DNA of 64,000 nt from Eledone cirrhosa (Eukaryota): the NCBI GenBank assembly GCA_964016885.1, contig OZ024744.1:95852001-95916000 (forward strand), given 5' to 3'. Numbering within the stretch: position 1 is the first letter of the stretch; every line of letters starts with the position of its first letter. Shown piece by piece: positions 53,921 to 64,000 of the stretch. Under the pieces are notes generated by a model. That model made no database searches. It was not told where the DNA came from and was given only the letters and a program-made list of their open reading frames with translations. The translations under genes were made by a program, and so were the position numbers.

Positions 53921-53963
53921 ATCACTGATGTTGGATAAAAATCCTGAAACATCAGTGTCTGGT
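53921..53963 (+). ncRNA. Degenerate hammerhead motif (A9>U) inside inverted repeat ~53780-54037
   Basis: AUCA-CUGAUGU-U-GGAU(aaaa)AUCC-U-GAAA-CA(ucag)UG-UC-UGGU; same stem III type as 6721-6770. Confidence 0.5.
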
Positions 53964-55257
53964 CTTCTCACATGACTACTGAGAAAGATGTGACATGATC
54001 ACAGTTTAAAACATTCATTGTGAGACTTATATATATGTTTTATTTATATAAGCATATTATTCTAGCATGGAAAATGTATGTTAACTCATTAGCATTTAAA
54101 CCAGCCATATAGACGTTAAACGATGATGATGATGAGGATGATGATGATGATATCCAGCCAGAATTCTCTCACCTCTTTCTGTTCAAACCAGTCATAACTG
54201 ACTGCTCCTACTGATGTTAAGGTATTGTTCTTAAAATAAATAATTGTTTCTACTATTGGCACAAGGCCAGCAATTACCCAGTACATTACTGGTACTTTAT
54301 TTTATCGACTCCGTAAGGATGAAAGGCAAAGTTAACCTCGGCGGGATATGAACTTAGAATGGCAAGGGCCGTAACTCTATGCGTCAAAGCATGGCGTCCG
54401 ACCCTCTACCGATACTGCCAATTCACCGCCGTTCTCAAAATAAATAATAACAAAATCTCGTAGATTCGATATTATGTGAGATAATTATGTAAGATAAAGT
54501 GTTCACTGTGAATATTCAATAGTAAATATAGAGTGATGTAAATATTAAAGGGTTAAATGGTGATAATATGCCTTCATATACACTTCTATTTTAATACTAA
54601 TAAATCATTAAAAGAAATATGACATTTTCATTATGGCCCTCTGGAAGATAAGCAAGAATTTCTCCAAATCCTGATGACTATCTTAGATAAAATTCATAGC
54701 TCTCATTTCTTCTGGTTGTAATAATACATTACTTGCAGCTGACAGCTTGGCTTCTAACATTACATAAATAGCACAATACTATTTATTAGAATGAAGCCAG
54801 ATTTACACTTTATGCAAAACACAACATTCTACACGGCTTCAATCATAGACAACTATATACATACCATTCTCTTCATTTTATCTAGTTTGTTTTTTTGTTG
54901 TTGCTTGCCAACCTCAAGCAAGACAATAAAGTCACTAAATAAAATACTAGGGGTGACTCAGAAGTGAAAAGGTCAAGACAGAGAGAAGATGGATCTTTGC
55001 AAATATATATATATAGAATTCTTTCTGCCTTTGTTATTCTAAATATACACTATAGCTTTAAAGAATTAGCTTTTAATGAATTCCCTTTTCTATCAACCAA
55101 TAACCTCTACCCACCCCACTCCCTACCCTCTCCTACCACCTGAAGAGACCTATAAATACTATATTTATTTTTTGATACCCAGATTCCTGATGATTTCTAA
55201 AGAATGAAACAGTTCTAGTCCTGTAGAATCTCATCTATATTAAAACTATATATATAT

Positions 55258-58200
55258 CATCATCATCATCATCATCATCATTTTACGTCCGCTTTTCCCT
55301 GCTTGCAAGGGTGGGACGGGTCTTATTCAGCACAGCATCTCTCCACTCGTCACGGTCCTTCGTCATCTCCACCGTGAGCTTCAATGATCTGAGGTCTGTT
55401 CTCACCACCTCCTCCCATGTTTTTCATGGTCTACCTCTACCACGTCTTCCTTCAACTGGCATTTCCTGGCACTTTTTCACCCATCGGTCATCCTCCATGC
55501 GCATCACATGTCCATACCACCTCAGTCTCCTCTCCTGTACACTACATTCTATCCCTCTCAGACACAGTTTCTCTCTCAACACATTTATGCTGTGTCGTTC
55601 ACGCGCATTTACACTGCACATCCAATGGAGCATGCTTGCCTCATTTCACTCCAGCCGTCGCATATCCTCTGCAGTTGCTGCCCATGTCTCACTACCATGC
55701 AGCGTCGCGCTCCTCACACAGGCATCATACAACCGGCCTTTCGTACGCAGGGAGAAACCCTTCTTCGTCAACAGAGGAAGCAGCTCTCTAAACTTCTTCC
55801 AACCCGTCCTTATTCTAGATACTATGACCTTGGAACACCCTCCTCCCATGCTAATCTGATCTCCTAGGTACCGGAAGCTATCCACCACTTCTATAGTGCC
55901 CTCCTGCATTTGAAAAATGTGTTTATCAATGCGACTTCTACTGTCTAATTTCCCTGTACATCTACTGCATACATATTTCTCCCTACCTGTTAGTTTGCCT
56001 GCTATCCCGCTACATCTCTTGTGTACACAGGATCTGCATTGTGTGCATTTTATAGAATTTATGCCAGTTCCTTTTCTGCATATCGAACATGGCCATTTCC
56101 CTGACGGAATCAGGGTTTTGTCCTCTTTTCTACTCATCAACACTTTTGTCTTAGCTAGATTCACTCTCAGTCCTCTTGCTTCCAACTGCTGTTTCCATAG
56201 CCAGAATTTATTCTCTAGCTCCTCTACTGATTCTGCTATAAGAACCAGATTGTCAGCATAGAGAAGTTCCCATGGACAGCCAGACTTAAACTCTTCTGTT
56301 ATGGCTTGGAGGACTATAATGAACAAGAGCGGGCTGAGGACCGAACCCTGATGTACTCCTACTTGTATCTGGAATTCCTCACTAAACTCCATTCCTACCC
56401 TGACTTTACTGAGAGTACCTCTGTACAAAGTTTGCACTGTCCTCACAAGCCATTCCTCAACACCTAGCTTCCTTAGGGACCACCAGATGACAGATCGGGG
56501 TACCCTATCAAAGGCCTTCTCTAGGTCAACAAAGGCTAAGTATAGTGGCTTATTCTTCTCTAAGAACCTCTCTTGCAATTGTCTCACCAAGAAGAGGGCA
56601 TCTGTTGTACTCTTCCCAGGCACAAAACCAAACTGCATCTCATCTAGTTTGACCCTTTCTCTATTTAGTTGTGCTAAAATCCTTTCTGCCACTTTCATAA
56701 CCTGATCTATCAGTTTTATACCCCTATAATTGCTCCTCTCCAGAGCATCCCCTTTACCTTTGTAGCAATTTATGAGAATACTGCTGCACCAGTCTTTGGG
56801 TATGACACCACCATATATAGCCTAATTGATGATGCGTGCAACCAGTTTAGTGCCTACGTCCCCTGATGCCTTCAGCATCTCAGCAACTATTCCCGATGGT
56901 CCGGCAGCCTTACCATTTTTCATTTCCCTAATCGCCCCTTGGACCCTATATTCGTCAATCTCAATAGCTGGTCCCTCTGTCGGATCTACTGAGGGTAATT
57001 TCTCTCTCTCCCATTCGTTGTCCACATTCACCAGTCTCTCATAATGACATTTCCAGGCCTCCTTTTTCTGATCATTCATGACACTAAGTACACCGGCATC
57101 ATCACGGACACATTTATCTCCAACAACATCCTGATTTGCATTGACACACTGCCTTGCAATGTGGAACACCGCATGCCTCTGATCTTCCCGTCGCAGAACA
57201 TTGGCAAACTTCCTACTCTCTGCCTCCCTGCGTGCTAAGTACACCTGACGTCTAGCTTCTCTCTTAGCGGCTGTATATCCTTATCTACTCCCACCCTTTT
57301 CCCAAGCCTTCCATGCTAGTCTTTTGTCTCTAATGGCCCTATCTACTGTGCTGTTCCACCACCAGGTCACTCTCTGTCTCAAGTTTCATCAGTAGCCTGC
57401 AGCAAGTTGTCACGTAAGAAATTCCAGTTATTATCTGTCATATGTCTCTAAATCGTCTTCTTTTTCATCATATACATCTTGAAGGGCTTTCCTAAATTTG
57501 TATTTTAGTGAAAGGTCTTTTAGCTTCCAGACCTTTCTTCTCCACACCTTCCTATATGTCTCATTCCACCTCTTGCTTACTGAGATATCACTAACAACTA
57601 ACCTATGCTGTGGGGTACATTCTTCCCCAGGGTATGCCTTGGTATTAAACACTATCTGCCTGTCCCGCTGCCTAACTCGTAAGAAGTCAATCTGGCTTAT
57701 GTGCTCACCAGATTTGTAGGTTATTAGGTGATTGGCAGGTTTCTGGAAGTTTGTGTTGCAAATAGTCAATGTACCTGCATCACAAAATTCAAGAAGTCTC
57801 ACTCCATCTTCATTTCTTGAACCGTAACCGTGCCCACCATGTACCCCAGTGTAACCATCCTGGAGCTGTCCAACATGACCATTGAAGTCTCCTGCTAGCA
57901 TAACGATGTCTCCGTCCTCTGTCATTGTGGTTGTTTGCAAAAGTTGCTCATAAAAGCAGTCTTTCTCATCTTTGCCTAGGCCTGCTTGGGGAGCATAGGC
58001 CGAGATGATTGTCAGTAGTCTCCTACCTACAACTAATCTAAGCTTAATTATTCAATTACTAACTCGAACTACCTCTATTGTCTTATTGATCCATTTCTCA
58101 GCCAGGAAAATGCCTACTCTCCCTAACCCATCATCCTTACCTACTCAGAATAGCTTATAGCTAAGACGCTTGCCTACGACTAGTCTCGCAGAGGCACCTC

Positions 58201-58330
58201 TCCATCTCACCTCTTGCACGCAGCACACATCCACATGCCTTCTCTCCAGCATCTCTGCTATTTCAGCAGATCTACCTCTGAGAGTGCCAACGTTAAGTGT
58301 TGCAACTCTGAGATGCGACGTCTTCATATT
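55258..58330 (-). mobile_element. Near full-length RTE LINE (APE, RT, PHD), disrupted by frameshifts and stops
   Basis: RVATLNVGT, CVQEVRW, GDFNGHVG, QIDF, FVDLEKAFD, GVHQGSVLSP, LLYADN and RLRWYGH motifs; (ATG)n tail. Confidence 0.95.
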
Positions 58331-58665
58331 TTTGTTGTTCCTATATATTTGTTGCTGTGCTGATAAGCGTTTTGGCATTGATACACTGGTTGGATGCCCT
58401 TTACAGCATGGACTGGGTGCTTTTATTTGTGCCACCAGCACTAGAGAGGATGTCTCACTAAACTCAAGGGCCCTCTCTACTCCTCCATTTTACAGCATGG
58501 TCATAAAAAAAAAACAAAAAAAAAAACAAAACAAAAAAACAACAACTTTATATATATTCACTTTTCCCCTATATATATATATATATATTCACTTTCCCTA
58601 TATATATATACATATATGAGCTAGCGTAGAAAATAGATATTAAACGATGATGATGATGATGATGA

Positions 58666-58699
<34 letters not shown>

Positions 58700-59074
58700 G
58701 GGAAAAGTGAACATAAGCTCATTAACATACAATACTTACATTCATATATATATCATTATTTCAGAGCACCAACACAAATGTCTAATTGTTGCTAGGTTGG
58801 CAATCGCTCTGTATATTAATGAGTTTAAACAACTCATAAACATAATTGGTATTCTATAAGAATTCAGCTTCTACAGCTCACAGCAAGAACAGAGGCGATA
58901 TATAGCTTTGATAACTGCTAAACAGCTAGAAACGATTGATCCTCTTTTATTCCCCTTTGTCTCTGCTGAAGCTAGGTGTGTGACGATAGACGCTACCTTA
59001 AATTCATAGCGAAAAGCCTTCAAAATGTTTTAAAATAAACATAGAGTATATTATTAGATATACAACACGTACAT

Positions 59075-59125
<51 letters not shown>

Positions 59126-60117
59126 GGAGGCACATAGCTTAGTGGTTAGAGCATTGGCCTTGCAATCGAAAGGTTGTGAGTTCAATTCTCAGACCGGGTG
59201 ATGTGTTGTTTCCTTGAGCAAGACATTTTATTTCACATTGCTCCAGTTTACTCAGCTGTAGAAATGAGATGATAGGACTGGGGTCCCTATCATTCCACTG
59301 TAAAGTGGTTGTGGAGGTGCCACGGCAAAAAAGCACCCAGCCCACACTGTAAAGTGGACGTAAAGGCGCCACAGCAAAAAAGCACCCAGCACTCACTGTA
59401 AATGAGGTTGGTGTTAGGAAGGGCATCCAGCTGTAGAAATCAAGCCAGAATCAGTTTCCGTCCCACCCTTGCAACCAGAGAAAAGTGGACGTAAAATGAT
59501 GATATATATATATATAAAAATATATATATATAAAATAACAGATTAAAGTTTAAGCAAAGAATCTTTGCTTAAACTTTAATCTGTTATTTTAATAAATATT
59601 TGCACTAGGGTTCTTATATGTTTGATATATATTTATCCTTATCGAGCCCTCTTTTACGTCAGCTTTTCCCTGCTTGCAAGTGTGGGACGGGAACTGATTC
59701 TGGCTTGATTTCTACAGCTGGATGCCCTTCCTAACACCAACCTCATTTACAGTGAGTGCTGGGTGTTTTTTTGCCGTGGCACCTCCACGACCACTTTGCA
59801 GTGGAATGATAGGGACCCCAGTCCCTATCATCTCATTTCTACAGCTGAGTAAACTGGAGCAATGTGAAATAAAGTGCCTTGCTCAAGGAAACAACACATC
59901 ACCCGGTCTGAGAATTGAACTCACAACCTTTCGATTGCAAGATATATATATATATATCTCTTCATAGTGTATTTTTAACTCTGATACTGGTTCAACTGGA
60001 TTGGTCTGTCCCAGTCATTCATTGAGCAACATCGGTGAAGTTGGCACCCTTAACTCACAGTTGGGTGCGGATGCGTTCATGTATATATGTGTGTGTCCGC
60101 ATGTATCTGTGTGTTTC

Positions 60118-60172
<55 letters not shown>

Positions 60173-60176
<4 letters not shown>

Positions 60177-60532
60177 CCTTTTATCGTCCCCCACCTACCC
60201 CCCACTCTCCTGAGCATGAATTTAATAAACATTTATCGTACTGCCTCTCTGTTCTGTCCCTGTTCATTTTTCATTATATATAAGGCGGTGGATTGGCAGT
60301 ATCGGTAGAGGGTCGGACGCCATGCTTTCCAGCATAGTTACGTCCCTTTACGATCTGAGTTCAAATCCCGCCGAGGTTGACTTTGCCTTTCATCCTTACG
60401 GGGTCGATAAAATAAAGTACCAGTAATGCACTGGGTAATTGCTGGCCTTGTGCCAAAAGTAGAAACAGTATATATATATATATATATATATATTTTTCAT
60501 TATATATATATATATATATATATATATTTTTC

Positions 60533-60582
<50 letters not shown>

Positions 60583-60683
60583 GAAAAATGAACAGGGACA
60601 GAACAGAGAGGCAGTACGATAAATGTTTATTAAATTCATGCTCAGGAGAGTGGGGGGTAGGTGGGGGACGATAAAAGGAATTC
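60173..60683. repeat. ~110-bp inverted arms enclosing a family-A SINE and (TA)n
   Basis: aattccttttatcgtcccc...gttcatttttcattatata vs its reverse complement at ~60577-60683. Confidence 0.85.
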
Positions 60684-60720
60684 TATATATATATATATAT
60701 ATATAGAATTCCTTTTATTA

Positions 60721-60764
<44 letters not shown>

Positions 60765-61020
60765 GGGGAGGGGGAGGAGAGAGATTAATACACACACACA
60801 TATATATATTTTTATTCACACATCCTAATTCACACATTCTAAGCAAGGCAATAAAGCCACTAAAATTAAAAAGGTTACTGAGAAGGAGAAATGACAAGGC
60901 AGATAAAAACAGTTCAAGGAGAGAGAAGATGGGTGATTGATGTTGCTGTTTATCTAGATACACCATTTTATTTTGTAACTATTTGAGTAACATGAGATCC
61001 TATTGCAATTCATTGCCATT

Positions 61021-61266
61021 CAGGGGCAGTGGAACTGGGTGGGGAGGCCCCCCTTTTCCCCATGATTATATTTTTCTCCCCAAACTACCATAAAACACAC
61101 ATCTATTTGTATATGTGCTACAATTTATGTACATGTTATGTTTATCGCATATCGAAATTATTGCATATCTTGGTTGATATGTGTTAATAACAGCTAAACT
61201 AATCCCTACAATTAAATTGACCAAATTTAGCCCCTCTCCAATTCAGAAATGCTTCCACTGCCCCTG
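61021..61266. mobile_element. hAT-like MITE
   Basis: TIR CAGGGGCAGTGGAA/TTCCACTGCCCCTG; TSD unclear. Confidence 0.65.
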
Positions 61267-61957
61267 AATTGCAAAGATTTCATTGATTTTTTTTTGTTAA
61301 AGCAGATCATTATCGGCAGTTTAACCATTCTGATACTAGTGTGACCAAAACTAGCTTTGATTCTACGAAAAATTTGTGTCTTCTAACATAATTTACTCTC
61401 ATCATCACCACCACCACCACCACCACCATCATCATCATCAACAACAATTATCATCATCATCATCATCATCATCAACAATTATCATCATCATCATTATCAT
61501 CATCGTCATCAATCATCATCACCATATGCTGTTAAGTTGTTCGTGTTAGAAAGCTTGCCAAACAAAGGGTTGGGAGGACTCTTTAGTTTGTGTCAAGAAC
61601 ATGTCACCCTCCCTAGTGCTGGTGATATCTCCTTATAATATATAACCAACAATTTCTCTGTGGAAACACGTGCGCGCGTGGTTGCTATCTCTCTCTCTCT
61701 CTCCAGCTATCCCTCTCTTTTAGTCTGTCTGTTTCTCTCACTCTCACTCTTTCTCTTTGTAACACACTAACATTCCTCCCCTCTATCGCTGTGACGAATG
61801 GGGAGATGGAGGAGGAGGAGAGAGTCACTTCGTCACTTCACCTCTGCCTTTCTTTCTCTCCCCTCTCACTCCCTCATTACGTACAGACATTAGGGCGGTG
61901 GATTGGCAGAATCTGTAGAGAGTCAGACACCATGCTTCATAGCATGGAGTTATATTG

Positions 61958-64000
61958 TTGTGATATTGTCGGGGAGAAGTGTGTACTTAATGATGATGGC
62001 GTACTTGCCATCACTGACGCTGATAAGAAGGTAGTTTGGAAGTGTCACTACGAAAGGCTACTAAATGAGGAGAATAAATGGGAGAAAGACAGTCTCCCCC
62101 ACATCGACCCAATAGAGGGACCAGCAGTGTTAGTCGAAGGTAGTATAATAAGTAAGGCAATCAAAGATATGAAGACGGGTAAGGCGGCTGGGCCTTCGGA
62201 AATAGTTGCTGAGGTGCTGAAAGCCTCTGGAACGGTGGAACACACCATGGTCACCCGGATAGTAAACCAAGTCATACAGAATGGGGTTGTTCCGAAGGAC
62301 TGGCGTAGCAGCATCATCATTAACTGTTACAAGGGTAAAGGAGATGCCCTAGATAGGAGTAACTATAGAAGCATTAAATTAATTGACCAGGTCATGAAGG
62401 TCACGGAAAAAGTTATAGTGCAACTAATCAGAGAGAGAATTGATCTAGATGAAATGCAGTTCGGGTTTGAGTCAGGCAAAAGTACCACAGACGCTCTTTT
62501 CATTGTACGACAACTACAGGAGAAGTACCTAGCTAAAAGTAAACCCCTATACTTAGCTTTTGTTGACTTGGAGAAAGCCTTCGACAGAGTCCCCCGTTCC
62601 ATTATCTGGTGGGCTCTTAGAAAACTAGGTATTGACGAAGGGCTTGTGAGAGCTATACAAGCCATGTATAAAGAAACAGTCAGGAAGGTTAGAATTAACA
62701 ACGAATATAGTGAAGAGTTTAGCGTAAAAGTTGTTGTTCATCAAGGCTCTGTTCTTAGCCCCCTACTATTTATTATTGCCCTTCAGGCTATAACAGTGGA
62801 GTTCAAGACCGGCTGCCCATGGGAACTCCTATACGCAGATGATCTAACGCTCATAGCTGAATCAATGGCTGAACTAGAGAAGAAATTCCAAACATGGAAG
62901 CACGGCCTAGAATCAAAAGGCCTTAAAATTAACCTGGCTAAGACTAAAGTTCTAGTTTGTAGGAAAGAAAATAAGGCGCCGGTCCCTTCCGGGAAATGGC
63001 CATGCTCAGTGTGTAGGAAAGGCGTAGGTAGAAACTCCATTTTATGTCCCAAATGCAAAGTATGGGTGCATAAAAGATGTAGTGGGATCACAGGTAAGCT
63101 AACTAAGAACATAGATTTTATATGTGGCCGGTGCTCTGGTGCAATAAGTAGCAGCAAGTGCCCACAAAATACTAGCTCTTTCAATTGCGCAGAGGGTTCT
63201 ATAGAAATAGTGGACAGCATCCGTTACCTGGGTGTCAAAATCAGCAGTGGGGGAGGGTGCTCTGAAAGTACAGTAGCTAGAGTCAGAACTGGATGGAAAA
63301 AGAGAGAGCTTATACCACTATTAGCCGCTAAAGGGTTCTCCCTAAAAATGAAAGGCAGGTTGTATGATGCCTGCATACGAACAGCAATGTTGCATGGCAG
63401 TGAGACCTGGGCATTGTGTGAAGAGGATATACGCAGACTAGAAAGGAACGAAGCTTGCATGCTCCGTTGGATGTGTAATAGTAATATACGTAAACGGCAA
63501 AGCATAAACGAACTAAGGGAAAAATTAGAAATAAGAGGGATCAGATGTAGTTTACTCGAGAGAAGGCTACGTTGGTATGGTCACGTGATGCGCATGAAAG
63601 ACGACAGCTGTATAAAAAAGTGCAGGGCAATAAAGATAGACGGTAGCCACGGAGTAGGCAGACCCAGAAAAACCTGGGACGACCTGATAAATTCCGACCT
63701 CACACACTTACACCTCTCCAAGACAATGTCACTGGACCGAGATCTTTGGCGGTACTCAGTAATAGAGAAGACCCACCTTACCTAAATACAAAGTAAACCT
63801 ACTACAGTCAGTAGGCATCTCTAACAAAATACACTCCCGACCCACCACCCCCACCCCATCCACACCGCCCCTTTCAATGTAAAGTTATGTTGGTGCCACA
63901 ACATCCAGGCTGAAACAAATGAGATCGTCTAGGTGTCACGACAAAAAAAACACACAGTCCACGCTGTAATGTGGCCGTGTAGGCAACACGGTAAAAACCT
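61958..64000 (+). mobile_element. 5'-truncated RTE LINE with an open RT-PHD reading frame to 63785; 3' UTR runs off the window
   Basis: NYRSIKL, FVDLEKAFD, HQGSVLSP, LLYADD, C4HC3 finger and RLRWYGH. The first ~55 codons of the called ORF are flanking DNA. Confidence 0.95.

Noticed and set aside
55182-55230. CUGAUGA-UUUCU..AGAAU-GAAAC..GUC hammerhead-like string (weaker ones at ~54671 and ~58966)
   Set aside because: Stem I does not pair adjacent to the cleavage site, so it could be chance or heavy decay.
60718-60966. Hydrophobic minus-strand ORF as a further HHAT exon
   Set aside because: Wrong strand, no recognisable homology, and it runs into a microsatellite.
62048-63505. Long antisense ORFs over LINEs (also 4933-5433, 14148-15197, 55311-55859)
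   Set aside because: Shadow frames of RT coding sequence with no independent motifs.

Overview
Repeat-saturated, AT-rich metazoan genomic DNA. The SINE/LINE repertoire suggests a coleoid cephalopod such as octopus (inference). There is a 200-N scaffold gap at 1574-1773. The only host gene I can support is a + strand Hedgehog acyltransferase (HHAT/HHATL/rasp, MBOAT family). Three coding exons (24584-24737, 36583-36647, 45937-46050) splice in frame, and the rest of the gene probably lies beyond the window. Everything else is mobile DNA: RTE, CR1 and R4/Dong-like LINEs, two tRNA-derived SINE families, Tc1/mariner (DD37D and irritans-type), Tc2-, Tigger-, hAT-, Merlin- and piggyBac-like MITEs, a Helitron, and satellites, often nested. 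The most notable signal is invisible in the ORF track. About ten minimal type-I hammerhead ribozyme motifs from several families occur here, mostly in short non-coding fold-back elements inserted in (TA)n. One near-perfect 686-bp palindrome carries a hammerhead on each strand, and another inverted repeat encloses a Penelope-like GIY-YIG remnant. All structures were derived by eye; no searches or folding were run.
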